A stretch of 40,069 nucleotides of DNA from a virus. Taxonomy: Duplodnaviria > Caudoviricetes. The stretch covers positions 1 through 40,069 of the IMG/VR virus record IMGVR_UViG_3300025635_000053. One strand, given 5' to 3'. The position numbers were made by a program, and so were the translations under genes. Numbering within the stretch: the first letter of the stretch is position 1; every line of letters starts with the position of its first letter. The notes beneath the pieces were generated by a model. The model had not been told where the DNA came from. It saw only the letters and a program-made list of their open reading frames with translations, and searched no databases. Of this stretch, positions 1 through 9,753 are shown in pieces.

Positions 1-1
1 T

Positions 2-127
2 AAGACTGGCTCAACAATGAGCGGTGCTCTTGCTATGGGAACAAATAAGATTACAGGTCTTGGGGACCCAACCAACGCTCAAGATGCTGCAACTAAGAAC
101 TACATTGACACAGCAACGATTGCACCT
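2..127. repeat. Terminal direct repeat, left copy (126 bp identical to 39944-40069)
   Basis: AAGACTGGCTCAACAATG...GATTGCACCT occurs at both ends; the preceding base differs (T at 1, C at 39943). Confidence 0.95.
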
Positions 128-757
128 AGCAACCTAACTGGTCCAATCACATCTGTAGGTTCAGCAACATCTATTGCTTCACAGACTGGTACTGGTTCTA
201 CATTTGTAGTCCAGAACACACCAACTCTTACAACTCCAGTTCTTGGTGTGGCTACTGCTACATCTATCAATGGCACGACTATCCCATCATCTAAGACGCT
301 TGTAGTTACTACAGATAAGTTAAGCGTACACGCTGCAACAACATCGTCTGAACTGGCAGGAGTTATCTCTGACGAGACAGGTACTGGTGCCCTTGTATTC
401 GGTACATCACCTGCTATCTCTGACCCTAAGATTGCTCAGTCAATCAACGCTCAGACTGGAACAACATACACATTCGTTCTTGCTGACCAAGGCAAGTACA
501 TCACAGCATCTAATGCTTCTGCTCAGACATATTCAATCCCAACTAACGCATCAGTTGCGTTCCCAATCGGAACCAGCATTGACTTGATTCAGATTGGTGC
601 AGGACAGGTAACTGTATCTGCAGCATCATCAGGCACAACAACTATCTACTCAACTGGTGCAACAGCAGCAGCCCCTAAGACGAGAGTTCAATATTCTGCT
701 TTGACTTGCAAGAAAATCGCAACAGATACTTGGCACGTCATTGGAGATATTGCCTAA
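2..757 (+). CDS. Tail fibre protein, C-terminal part (continues from 39017-40069 across the terminal repeat)
   Basis: Same frame as the open end of 39017-40069. [21 protein letters not shown] fibre motif and a C-terminal INAQTGTTYTFVLAD...FPIGTSIDLIQIGAGQVT...WHVIGD domain typical of phage fibres. Confidence 0.8.
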   Translation, partial: KTGSTMSGALAMGTNKITGLGDPTNAQDAATKNYIDTATIAPSNLTGPITSVGSATSIASQTGTGSTFVVQNTPTLTTPVLGVATATSINGTTIPSSKTLVVTTDKLSVHAATTSSELAGVISDETGTGALVFGTSPAISDPKIAQSINAQTGTTYTFVLADQGKYITASNASAQTYSIPTNASVAFPIGTSIDLIQIGAGQVTVSAASSGTTTIYSTGATAAAPKTRVQYSALTCKKIATDTWHVIGDIA

Positions 758-1335
758 TGCAAAATAATGTTGGCATTTATGCTTCACAGATAAGTGGGCA
801 TCTCTATGCTGGACCTTATGGTTCCTATGATTCTTTGGCTACTGTCACTGTGCCTTCAGGTGGAGTGGCATCAGTAACTTTTGCAGGCATACCATCAGGA
901 TACAAACATTTACAGTTACGTCTTTTGACTCGTACTAACCGAGCAGATACTAACGACTTTATGACTATCCGTTTCAACGGTGATTCAAGTTCTGTGTACG
1001 CATACCATTCGCTTTATGGCAATGGGTCAAGTGCGGGTGGAGGAGATACTGGAACATCGACAGGTACCCCTTGGTCTGGTGTTACAGCAGGTGGCAATGC
1101 AACTGCTTCTATGTTTGGTGCATCTGTTGTAGACGTGTTGGATTACTCCGCAACTACAAAATATAAGACAACTAGACTTCTTAGCGGTACAGACCAAAAC
1201 TCCACTACTGGTCGAATTTACTTTATGTCTAACTTGTGGCAAAGCACAGCCGCTATTACATCTTTAACAATTATTCCTACTTATGGAACATTGTTTTCAC
1301 AATACAGTTCCTTTGCATTATACGGGGTAAAATAA
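757..1335 (+). CDS. Tail fibre / receptor-binding-associated protein (paralog 1)
   Basis: ATG at 757 is coupled to the upstream stop (TAATG). The YDSLATVTV...VTFAGIPSGYKHLQLR...FALYG domain is shared with the next two ORFs. Confidence 0.65.
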   Translation: MQNNVGIYASQISGHLYAGPYGSYDSLATVTVPSGGVASVTFAGIPSGYKHLQLRLLTRTNRADTNDFMTIRFNGDSSSVYAYHSLYGNGSSAGGGDTGTSTGTPWSGVTAGGNATASMFGASVVDVLDYSATTKYKTTRLLSGTDQNSTTGRIYFMSNLWQSTAAITSLTIIPTYGTLFSQYSSFALYGVK

Positions 1336-1336
1336 T

Positions 1337-2641
1337 ATGGCTACCAATACATACGTTGCACTTGATAAAGTAACAACAAGCGGTTCTGCCACTTCGGTAA
1401 CTTTTTCATCTATACCGTCAACATACACAGATTTAGTAATAGTAGTAAATGGTTCAGTTGCAGGAGCGGACCGAGGTTGGCTTACTATGCAAGTTGGCAA
1501 CGGCTCTGTTGATACAGGCTCAAACTATTCTGATACTCAACTGTATGGTAATGGCTCAAGTGCTGGTTCTCAACGTGACACAAACATATCAACGTTTAGA
1601 GTTGGTGTAATAAGCAACGTTGTATGTACTGAAATTATTCATTTAATGAATTATTCAAATACAACAACATACAAAACTGCATTATCAAGGGGAAACTCTT
1701 TAGGTGTAACAGCATCACAAGATGTAGGCGCTTTTGTTAATTTATGGCGCTCAACTTCTGCTATAAATATAGTTACGTTTGCAAATACATCAGGGTATGC
1801 TTTTACAAATGGAACCACATTCTCGTTGTATGGCATCAAAGCAGACGCCAACTCAACAACTAAAGCATCTGGCGGAGTTATATCTTCTGATGCAAACTAC
1901 TGGTATCACACTTTTGGTATGTCAGGTACATTTACTCCATCACAATCACTAACTGCTGATGTATTAGTTATCGCAGGCGGAGGTGGTGGAGGTAACTTCG
2001 GTGGTGGTGGTGGTGGTGCAGGAGGTCTTCTTGGTTTCACATCACAATCTCTAACTGCAACTGGTTATACAGTAACCGTTGGAGCAGGTGGACCTGGCGG
2101 TGCAGCAAATAGCGCACTCTACGGAACCGCTGGAAGCAACTCTCAATTTGGTGGATTAACTGCTTGCGTTGGCGGAGGTCGTGGAGGTGGACGCGCCACA
2201 TCTTCCCCTGGTACAACTGGTGGTTCAGGTGGCGGTAACGCTTATTCTTTAGGCAGCCTTGCAGGAACATCTGGACAAGGTTTTGCAGGTGGCGCAGGAA
2301 CTGCAAACGGCGGTGGTGGCGGCGGTGGCGCTGGCGAAGCAGGCAACACTGATGCGGTGCAAGGCTCTGGTGGAGATGGTGTTTCAACTTATTCATCTTG
2401 GGGTGCTGCAACCAATCTAGGTCAAAACATTTCTGGAACATACTGGTTTGCTGGTGGTGGTGGAGGCTGGGGTGACAATGGAGTTGGCGGTACTGGAGGA
2501 GATGGTGGCGGTGGAACAGGTTCCAATACAGCCACTCCATCTGGAATGGCTTTCACAGGTAGTGGTGGTGGTGCTACAAGTCAGACAATTAACGCTGGCA
2601 ACGGCGGCTCAGGTATTGTCATAGTTCGATATGCGAAATAA
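1337..2641 (+). CDS. Glycine-rich tail fibre / receptor-binding protein (paralog 2)
   Basis: Same N-terminal domain (VTFSSIPSTYTDL...FSLYG), then YWYHTF...VLVIAGGGGGG...GGSGIVIVRY Gly-rich domain. Confidence 0.7.
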   Translation: MATNTYVALDKVTTSGSATSVTFSSIPSTYTDLVIVVNGSVAGADRGWLTMQVGNGSVDTGSNYSDTQLYGNGSSAGSQRDTNISTFRVGVISNVVCTEIIHLMNYSNTTTYKTALSRGNSLGVTASQDVGAFVNLWRSTSAINIVTFANTSGYAFTNGTTFSLYGIKADANSTTKASGGVISSDANYWYHTFGMSGTFTPSQSLTADVLVIAGGGGGGNFGGGGGGAGGLLGFTSQSLTATGYTVTVGAGGPGGAANSALYGTAGSNSQFGGLTACVGGGRGGGRATSSPGTTGGSGGGNAYSLGSLAGTSGQGFAGGAGTANGGGGGGGAGEAGNTDAVQGSGGDGVSTYSSWGAATNLGQNISGTYWFAGGGGGWGDNGVGGTGGDGGGGTGSNTATPSGMAFTGSGGGATSQTINAGNGGSGIVIVRYAK

Positions 2642-2654
2642 GGAGATTAACTAA

Positions 2655-4004
2655 ATGGCAGAAAACTACATACTCCTAGACCGCGTTACACTTACTGTGG
2701 CAGCGGCATCGGTCACATTCAGTAACATCCCACAATCGGGCTATACCGATTTGAAGATTGTTGCGTCAACTAGAGACAATCGTTCTGCAAATGCTTCTGA
2801 TTTTTTGTTGAACTTTAATGGCGTAACTACAAACTTATCATTTAAGCGTTTGTATGGAGACGGCTCGTCTGCTATATCAACAAGTGGAACAACTGGTGAA
2901 GCGGGAATTGAAGTTGCAGCAAACTCTACCGCTAATACATTCAGCAACATTGAAGTTTATATTCCAAATTATACTTCTAGCAACTATAAATCTTGGTCTG
3001 CAGATAGCGTAAGTGAGAATAATGCTACTACTGCGTACGCTCAATTAACGGCAGGTTTATGGTCTAGCACTGCTGCAATTACTTCCATAACATTTACAGC
3101 AGAAGCAAGTGCATCATTCGTCCAGTACAGCACCTTCTCACTCTACGGTCTAGCAGCAGTAGGCACTACACCTGCTATCGCTCCAAAGGCTAGTGGTGGA
3201 GATATAATTAAAACCGATGGTACATATTGGTATCACGCTTTCCTATCAACTGGTGCATTTGTACCTGCAACCAACTTGACTTGCGACGTCTTGCAAGTAG
3301 CAGGTGGTGGTGCAGGTGGTACAGCAGCAGGTGGCGGAGGTGCGGGTGGTGTACTTGCTTTTGCATCTCAGGCTTTAACCAATGGAACAAGTTATACCGC
3401 AACAGTTGGCGCGGGTGGCGCAGGTTTGGCTACTTATGGTGGACCTAATAGCGGAAGCAACTCACAATTTTCTTCACTAACAGCATCCGTCGGCGGTGGT
3501 GGAGGCGGTGGCTATAACGGTTCTGCTTACGTAAGTGGTGCTAATGGTGGTTCAGGTGGTGGTTCTGCTTGGGGTACTGGTAACACATACGGAACTGGAA
3601 CATCTGGTCAAGGTAACAATGGTGGTCTTGGCGGTCAAGATTCTAGTGGCGGCGTTGCACGAAACGGCGGTGGCGGTGGTGGTAAAGGCGCTGCTGGTGG
3701 CAATGGTTCTATTGGAACCCCCCCTCCTGGTGGTGCTGGTGTAAATACTGTAACCAACTGGGGAGCATTATCTTCTGTTCTTACCAATACTGGATTAGGT
3801 GCTAGTGGATACATTGCAGGAGGCGGTGGCGGCTCAGGCGCATCAGGCGCTGGAGGCGCAGGTGGCTCTGGTGGTGGTGGTGCTGGTGACGCAACAAGTC
3901 CAGTATCAGGAACTGCTGGCACAGGTTCTGGAGGCGGTGGCGGAAGCAGCGTATCTGGCTCAGGTGGTTCAGGTGTAATTATTATTAGATATTCAGCAGC
4001 GTAA
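2655..4004 (+). CDS. Glycine-rich tail fibre / receptor-binding protein (paralog 3)
   Basis: AAGGAG RBS; same two-domain architecture as 1337-2641, ending GGSGVIIIRY. Confidence 0.7.
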   Translation: MAENYILLDRVTLTVAAASVTFSNIPQSGYTDLKIVASTRDNRSANASDFLLNFNGVTTNLSFKRLYGDGSSAISTSGTTGEAGIEVAANSTANTFSNIEVYIPNYTSSNYKSWSADSVSENNATTAYAQLTAGLWSSTAAITSITFTAEASASFVQYSTFSLYGLAAVGTTPAIAPKASGGDIIKTDGTYWYHAFLSTGAFVPATNLTCDVLQVAGGGAGGTAAGGGGAGGVLAFASQALTNGTSYTATVGAGGAGLATYGGPNSGSNSQFSSLTASVGGGGGGGYNGSAYVSGANGGSGGGSAWGTGNTYGTGTSGQGNNGGLGGQDSSGGVARNGGGGGGKGAAGGNGSIGTPPPGGAGVNTVTNWGALSSVLTNTGLGASGYIAGGGGGSGASGAGGAGGSGGGGAGDATSPVSGTAGTGSGGGGGSSVSGSGGSGVIIIRYSAA

Positions 4005-4015
4005 AGGAAAATACA

Positions 4016-4360
4016 ATGGCACATTTTGCAGAAGTAGATGAGAACAATATTGTAACTCGCGTCCTTGTAGTTCCTGATGACCAGGAATATCGTGGAGAAG
4101 AATATCTCCGTGACGAACTTGGTCTAGGTGGACGATGGATTCAAACAAGTTACAACAATCGCATACGTATGAATTACGCAGGAGTGGGTTACACCTATGA
4201 CCCTGTAGAAGATTGGTTCGTAGCACCACAGCCTTATCCATCTTGGATTCTTACACGTGCAGCCCAATGGGTAGCACCAATCAAGTATCCGACTGATGGA
4301 GTTATGTATCAATGGAATGAAGAACTTGTAGATTGGGAGCCAATTAACTATGACAACTAA
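4016..4360 (+). CDS. Putative tail-fibre-associated/assembly protein
   Basis: AAGGA RBS; the MAHFAEVDENNIVTRVLVV...WIQTSYN...NYAGVGYTYD...PQPYPSW family commonly follows Gly-rich fibres in aquatic phages. Confidence 0.55.
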   Translation: MAHFAEVDENNIVTRVLVVPDDQEYRGEEYLRDELGLGGRWIQTSYNNRIRMNYAGVGYTYDPVEDWFVAPQPYPSWILTRAAQWVAPIKYPTDGVMYQWNEELVDWEPINYDN

Positions 4361-4586
4361 GCCTAAGAAACTGGTAGTCGATTTAGCAACAGGCAAGCAG
4401 GAGTATATCGACCTGACTCCTGATGAGATTAACGAACGTGAACTTGCTGGCATTGAAGCAGCAACACGTCGTGAAGAAGAAGAGGCTGCAGCAGCAGCAC
4501 TTGCTGCGCTTAAGGCATCTGCTAAGGCAAAGTTAATTGCTGGTCAAGCATTGACCGAAGAAGAAGCAGCAACAATCGTTCTTTAA
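4350..4586 (+). CDS. Hypothetical protein (tail module)
   Basis: Overlapping, co-oriented 78 aa ORF with an Ala-rich helix. Confidence 0.6.
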   Translation: MTTKPKKLVVDLATGKQEYIDLTPDEINERELAGIEAATRREEEEAAAAALAALKASAKAKLIAGQALTEEEAATIVL

Positions 4587-4612
4587 TTTAATTCTAGTAG
4601 TGGAGGTTCGCC

Positions 4613-6622
4613 TTGGCAGGCAGAGATATAACCGAAGGTCGAAGTACCCGTGCCGTTGCAGTTGACATTGGTGTAGTTTCCTCTACAGCAATCTGGCAAA
4701 ATACTGATATTGCATATGATACTGCAATTGGTGGGCTTCCATTTATTTATGCAATTAATGACACGCGTCCATACATTCGTCAGACTGCGCCATTTCGTAA
4801 AGACCAGTTTGATAATGGTACTGAACCTGGTGAGCAATCGCTTACTGGTTGGTGGATTCGCAGTCAGATGTCATTTCATTCTGGCTCAGGGATTAACTTT
4901 TACGACCCATTAACCAATGATGAACTAGGTCACTATCGTTTTAATGATAGCAAGGGTGTTAACGTATGGACTAAAGGACAAGTGACACTACTTAAGTCAT
5001 GTACTCAAGGTCATAATACAACAGGTCCAATTGCGTCTAATGGTGTTAGCCAACAGCAACTACGTTCTATTCAATGGACTACTAGTGGTACAACTTATCA
5101 AGGCTTGCTACTACATGATGAGTATGATGTAGATAAGATTAAAATAAATGACCCTAGCAATCCAGTTCACTTTATTGATTACAATGCAGGTTCTGGTGTC
5201 TATCCAGTATACGCAATTTGCGATGATGGAACCAATGCTTATTGGGTAACTAATAAAACATCTGGTGGAACAACTAAGATGACTGTGTATGCTAAGCCCC
5301 TTTCAGGGTCATCTGCTGATACATCAGATGAAGTAAAAATATTTGACACATCAGATATAATTACAAATGCTACTATTGAATACGTTAAAGAACGTATTAT
5401 CCTTTGTGCTGGAAATAAAGTATACGAATTTCCTACTGGCATAACAGCATTAACCCCTACACTTGTGTTTACAAATACAGTAACTGGTCACATCTATACA
5501 AGTATTACAGCATCTGGTCCTGCTATTTACATTTCAGGTTTCAATGGGTTACGTTCCTCTATTGAGAAGTACACATTGGTGACTAGCACTGGTAGTATGC
5601 CAGCGCTTACCGCTGCAATTGTAGCGGCAGAAATGCCCGCTGGTGAGCAGATACATAAAATTTTTTATTACCTTGACTACATGATGATTGGCACTAACAA
5701 GGGTATTCGTGCTGCCAGCATCTCAGACCAAGACGGTTCTATAAATTATGGACCACTTATTCTTGAGACATCTCAGCCAGTGTATGACTTCTGTGCACGT
5801 GACCGTTTTGTATGGGCAACAACATCTGTTGGTGGAGAGCCAGGTCTTACCCGTATTGACCTTGGCAACGACCTTGAAACACTGCGTCATGCTTATGCTA
5901 ATGACGTTTACTATGATGGAGTTACTGGATTCCAGACAACATCATGTTCTTTTGTTGGCAACACTAACCGTGTTGCTTTCTCTACTGCATACACAGGTAG
6001 TTCTGGTTATGTCTACATGGAAGATGAGTCAACCCTAAGAACATCTGGCTACTTAACAACAGGTAACATTCGTTATGGAACACTAGAACCTAAGAATTTC
6101 AAGCGTCTTCTTGGACGTGGTGACTTTACTTATGGCTCTATGACACTAGAGTCAGTAGATAAAAATGGTATTGAATACGACCACATTTCATACGATTCAA
6201 CTATTACTCCAGTAGAAGTAACAACATCTTCTCCTGCTACAGCACAAGAATATCTTGCTTATAAATTTATTTTATATAGAGATTCAACTACATCTAGCCT
6301 CGGTCCAATTTTCAAGGGCTACCAGGCTAAGGCTACTATTGCTACCCCGCGTCAGCGCGTAATGCAATTTCCTGTTTATTGTTTTGATATAGAAACAGAT
6401 AGGTTTAACGTACAGGTAGGTTACGAAGGAAGAGCATTGGCTCGTATTAATGCACTTGAAAATGTAGAAGAATCGGGTGACGTACTTACATGGCAAGACT
6501 TAACAACTGGTGAGTCACGTCAGGCTGTCATAGAACAAATCCAATTTACGCGTATGACTCCACCTGACAAAGGCTTTGATGGCTTTGGTGGCGTTCTACA
6601 GATTACGATTAGGACGGTGTAA
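4613..6622 (+). CDS. Tail structural protein (possible nozzle / tail tubular B-like, beta-rich)
   Basis: GGAGGT RBS before a TTG start; 669 aa and beta-rich; last gene of the tail module. The specific function is inferred from position. Confidence 0.55.
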   Translation: MAGRDITEGRSTRAVAVDIGVVSSTAIWQNTDIAYDTAIGGLPFIYAINDTRPYIRQTAPFRKDQFDNGTEPGEQSLTGWWIRSQMSFHSGSGINFYDPLTNDELGHYRFNDSKGVNVWTKGQVTLLKSCTQGHNTTGPIASNGVSQQQLRSIQWTTSGTTYQGLLLHDEYDVDKIKINDPSNPVHFIDYNAGSGVYPVYAICDDGTNAYWVTNKTSGGTTKMTVYAKPLSGSSADTSDEVKIFDTSDIITNATIEYVKERIILCAGNKVYEFPTGITALTPTLVFTNTVTGHIYTSITASGPAIYISGFNGLRSSIEKYTLVTSTGSMPALTAAIVAAEMPAGEQIHKIFYYLDYMMIGTNKGIRAASISDQDGSINYGPLILETSQPVYDFCARDRFVWATTSVGGEPGLTRIDLGNDLETLRHAYANDVYYDGVTGFQTTSCSFVGNTNRVAFSTAYTGSSGYVYMEDESTLRTSGYLTTGNIRYGTLEPKNFKRLLGRGDFTYGSMTLESVDKNGIEYDHISYDSTITPVEVTTSSPATAQEYLAYKFILYRDSTTSSLGPIFKGYQAKATIATPRQRVMQFPVYCFDIETDRFNVQVGYEGRALARINALENVEESGDVLTWQDLTTGESRQAVIEQIQFTRMTPPDKGFDGFGGVLQITIRTV

Positions 6623-6846
6623 TGTCTGCTGCAGAATGGGCAGGCTTTGCCGTTGCCGTAATGACTTTAATCGCTGGATTTACAGCAGCAATTCGATGGT
6701 TAGTTAAGCACTACTTAGATGAACTTAAACCAAATGGTGGCGGTTCAATGAGGGACGCAGTTAATATCAACACCGAACGATTGGACCGAGTTGAACAACG
6801 CGTTGACCAGATTTACCTTATCCTCTGCGAGAGGGAAGGCAAGTAA
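6622..6846 (+). CDS. Small membrane protein, one TM plus coiled coil (lysis module)
   Basis: WAGFAVAVMTLIAGFTAAIRW hydrophobic helix; LKPNGGGSMRDAV motif seen in actinophage lysis-region proteins. Confidence 0.6.
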   Translation: MSAAEWAGFAVAVMTLIAGFTAAIRWLVKHYLDELKPNGGGSMRDAVNINTERLDRVEQRVDQIYLILCEREGK

Positions 6847-8443
6847 GTACGCTGTATTCTTAATCTTATTTGGAACATCTTTATTTGGTTTACCTCAGTC
6901 AGCAATGTCCGCTTGTGTTACATCAGCACAGGCTGCAACTATTGCTGCTGCTATTGAGCCAACAGCACAAGGTGAGACACCAACTGTAACTACATTGGAA
7001 ACTTGTGGTGGAGACGATGTCTCTTATCAAGTACCAATTACTACAGCCATCACTTATGATGGCGTGCAATACGATAGAATATATGCAACAACCAATAGTG
7101 TTATTACATTTGGTCAGCCAGATGGTACATACTGGACATATCCAGCAACACCTAGTATCTCTATTCAGTCAATGGACTGGGTTGTATATCCTAACCAACG
7201 TAATGATGAGCACTTAATCATCAGTGCAAGTGATGGCGGATTTCAGGTAGATATTTCTGCTCGCCCTATTTTTTTGACTAGTGACCCTGAGACTACCAAT
7301 ATTGTTATTACCGCAGCAATTAATACTGATGGAACAGTAGCAATCTCTTATGTTTTAAGCGGTAGAGATTACAGCGAGTACAACTGGACCCGAACTGGTG
7401 CAGTATTAAATGATGGAACTGTTGTTCCATTAGAAGAAGCAAACATTACAAGAGTAGAAGAAGTACCAGTTCTGACACCAGAACCAGTATCTTCACCTAG
7501 CCCAACACCGAGCGATAGCGCTTCACCTTCTCCTTCTCCTGAGCCAACTCAGACTCCAACGCCTGAACCTTCTTTGCCTCCCACACCCACACCGACCCCG
7601 AGTCCTTCAGTAGAACCAGAGACAATACCGCTCCCGTCACCATCCCCAGAATTAAGCCAATCACCCAGCCCGACCCCAACTCCAGAACCAAATCCTGAAC
7701 CATCCCCTACTCCTTCTCCAATTCCAAGTCAGCCTCCAGTAGTGGAACCTGAACCAACTCCCGCACCTGCTCCGCAGCCAGCACCTCAACCTGCGCCTCA
7801 GCCACAGCCAGTGCGAGTTGAAACACCTTCTCCAATTCCTGTTGAACCAGCGCCTCCATTGGTTGAAGAACCTCCTGCGGAACTCCCAGTTCCAGTAGAG
7901 GAACCTCCTGCTCCTGCGGAAGAGCCTCCTGCTGTTGAGGAACCAGCGCCAGAACCTGCTCCAGAGCCAGAGCCTGTCGCTGAACCTGCACCAGAGCCTG
8001 CACCAGAAGTTGCACCTGAGCCTCCGACTGAGGTTGCCCCAGAGGTACCGCCTGTAGTAAATCCTGAGCCTTTGCCAGAGCCAACTCCAGCGCCCGTACA
8101 ACCATCAGTGCCTGATACTCCATTGCAACCCCCAAGTATTCATAATGTTAATCTAGAAAGTCTACCACCATCAACTCCAGTTGAGTTGGATAACGGCGTA
8201 GTAGTCACAGCGGAAGAAGCAATTGCTGTTGCTCTGTTGCAAGACCCTGCTGCACTAGTACAAGAATTGTTTACCAACCCAGGTGCTGCACTTGCAGCAC
8301 TCGGTAGTGTCGGTGCTGACCTACTTCCTGAAGTTAGAGAGACAGCAGAAGATGTAGTTGTATCTGCAATCATAGCAGGCGGCATAGCAACACAGGCAGC
8401 AGCATCGGCTGCTGCTGTATCAGCATATAGGAGAAAGCCATAA
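6791..8443 (+). CDS. Secreted/membrane-anchored Pro-rich protein with NIDO-like N-terminal domain
   Basis: Signal-like segment (KYAVFLILFGTSLFGLPQSAMSA), GDDVSYQVPI..ITYDGVQYDRIYATTNSVITFG motif, a >200 aa P/E/T/S linker, and a hydrophobic C-terminus ending YRRKP. Start codon uncertain (TTG 6791 or 6803). Confidence 0.7.
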   Translation: MNNALTRFTLSSARGKASKYAVFLILFGTSLFGLPQSAMSACVTSAQAATIAAAIEPTAQGETPTVTTLETCGGDDVSYQVPITTAITYDGVQYDRIYATTNSVITFGQPDGTYWTYPATPSISIQSMDWVVYPNQRNDEHLIISASDGGFQVDISARPIFLTSDPETTNIVITAAINTDGTVAISYVLSGRDYSEYNWTRTGAVLNDGTVVPLEEANITRVEEVPVLTPEPVSSPSPTPSDSASPSPSPEPTQTPTPEPSLPPTPTPTPSPSVEPETIPLPSPSPELSQSPSPTPTPEPNPEPSPTPSPIPSQPPVVEPEPTPAPAPQPAPQPAPQPQPVRVETPSPIPVEPAPPLVEEPPAELPVPVEEPPAPAEEPPAVEEPAPEPAPEPEPVAEPAPEPAPEVAPEPPTEVAPEVPPVVNPEPLPEPTPAPVQPSVPDTPLQPPSIHNVNLESLPPSTPVELDNGVVVTAEEAIAVALLQDPAALVQELFTNPGAALAALGSVGADLLPEVRETAEDVVVSAIIAGGIATQAAASAAAVSAYRRKP

Positions 8444-8613
8444 TGAAGAAGTTCTTTTCAGATATAGCAAACCAACTATGGACCCTGCTCGGAATGTTTG
8501 TAGCATGGGTAGTACTTGAAGGTTCTGCCAAAACCGTAGTTGGTTATTCAATTTTTATATGTCTAATTATCTGGTCACTCACATTTAAATTACGTAACTT
8601 AAAGGATGAATGA
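8443..8613 (+). CDS. Small two-TM membrane protein, 56 aa (not in ORF track)
   Basis: TAATG-coupled; MKKFFSDIANQLWTLLGMFVAWVVLEGSAKTVVGYSIFICLIIWSLTFKLRNLKDE. Confidence 0.75.
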   Translation: MKKFFSDIANQLWTLLGMFVAWVVLEGSAKTVVGYSIFICLIIWSLTFKLRNLKDE

Positions 8614-8705
8614 TGGCAATTGGATTTATAATTCCAGAACCAAGTTGGGGTATGCCAACTCCTGATATAGATATATCAGAGTGGATTGATGAAGAGGAAG
8701 ACTAA
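8613..8705 (+). CDS. 30 aa acidic peptide (not in ORF track)
   Basis: TGATG-coupled with AAGGA upstream; MAIGFIIPEPSWGMPTPDIDISEWIDEEED fills the gap to 8708. Confidence 0.5.
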   Translation: MAIGFIIPEPSWGMPTPDIDISEWIDEEED

Positions 8706-8707
8706 TA

Positions 8708-8947
8708 ATGGAAACATTTAAGAATGTAATGCTGCGTATTGTTGCAGTAATTGCAGCCGAATCACTTGGCGTAATCGGTGCTGGTTCATTGGTTGGCATT
8801 GAAGTATGGCAGGCAGCAGTACTTGCTGGCGCTCTAGGCGCAGCAACTGTAATCGAAGCACTTGCTCGTTTCTTTCTTGCTGATGGAAGTCTAACAGCAG
8901 ATGAAATTAACCAAGCATTTGCTAAAGTAGATAAGAAGGCAGAATAA
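8708..8947 (+). CDS. Holin-like two-TM protein
   Basis: Two hydrophobic helices and a charged C-terminus, directly upstream of the endolysin. Confidence 0.55.
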   Translation: METFKNVMLRIVAVIAAESLGVIGAGSLVGIEVWQAAVLAGALGAATVIEALARFFLADGSLTADEINQAFAKVDKKAE

Positions 8948-8948
8948 C

Positions 8949-9458
8949 ATGGGTCAGCGTAACGATTTTATTAAGACAGCACGTGCAGAGATTGGCGTGA
9001 TTGAAGGACCTAAAGATAACGAAACGAAATACGGAGCATTTACAAAGGCTAACTTCCTACCTTGGTGTGGGTCATTTGTAATGTGGTGTGCCAATGAAGT
9101 AGGACTAAAGATTCCTAATGTAGTCAGCACACTTGCAGGTGCGCAAGCATTTATTAAGAAAGGTCAATGGGAAAAAGTAGATGAAGCGACTCCACTACCT
9201 GGCGATATTGTTTTCTTTGATTTTCCCAACGATGGTATTGACCGCATTAGTCACGTTGGAATCGTGGCTAGGGACAACGGAGACGGAACTGTAATCTGTG
9301 TTGAGGGAAATACTAGCCCAGATAAAAAGGGAGACCAACGCAATGGCGGAGAAGTCTGCCTAAAGAAGCGTGCATATAAGGTCAAGAATGGACCAGCACT
9401 TAAGAAGTCCCTGCCAGTTTATATCGTAGGCTTTGGCAAGCCTGTCTTCAAATCATAA
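8949..9458 (+). CDS. Endolysin, CHAP-type cysteine amidase/peptidase
   Basis: PWCGSFVMW (catalytic Cys), PGDIVFF, SHVGIV (His) and EGN motifs. Confidence 0.88.
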   Translation: MGQRNDFIKTARAEIGVIEGPKDNETKYGAFTKANFLPWCGSFVMWCANEVGLKIPNVVSTLAGAQAFIKKGQWEKVDEATPLPGDIVFFDFPNDGIDRISHVGIVARDNGDGTVICVEGNTSPDKKGDQRNGGEVCLKKRAYKVKNGPALKKSLPVYIVGFGKPVFKS

Positions 9459-9466
9459 GGAGCATC

Positions 9467-9658
9467 ATGGATAGCAAGAAGTTAGTAGCAATTGCAACAA
9501 CATACGCACGCGCAGCCGTGCCATCAGTGGTGGCACTCTACGCAGCAGGGGTCACAGACCCTAAGACACTAGCATATGCATTTGCATCTGCATTTATTGC
9601 CCCACTTTGGAAGGCTTTGGACCCTAAGTCCAAGGAATTCGGACGCGGAAGCAAGTAA
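9467..9658 (+). CDS. Holin-like membrane protein
   Basis: AAGGAG RBS; hydrophobic helices and the LDPKSKEFGRG ending typical of small actinophage holin-like genes. Confidence 0.6.
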   Translation: MDSKKLVAIATTYARAAVPSVVALYAAGVTDPKTLAYAFASAFIAPLWKALDPKSKEFGRGSK

Positions 9659-9699
9659 AAACACCACGATTTAGGGGCGTAGCAGCCCCGTAGAGACAC

Positions 9700-9753
9700 A
9701 AAAGCCCCCGTTCAGGTACATTAACCTACCTGACGGGGGTCTTTTTCTGTTTT
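9700..9753. terminator. Bidirectional intrinsic terminator between the converging arms
   Basis: AAAAG-CCCCCGT(T)CAGGTA...TACCTGACGGGGG-TCTTTTT with A/T tracts on both sides, at the point where the arms converge. Confidence 0.85.

Noticed and set aside
2-127. Biological terminal repeat of the virion DNA
   Set aside because: It lies mid-gene and has a k-mer-like length; more likely an assembly overlap.
757-4004. Diversity-generating retroelement acting on fibre genes
   Set aside because: No reverse transcriptase and no template/variable repeat pair differing at adenines; the similarity is ordinary paralogy.
7490-8140. CRISPR-like or tandem DNA repeat, and long antisense ORFs
   Set aside because: The repeats are degenerate Pro/Glu/Ala codons of the + strand protein; the antisense ORFs are shadows.
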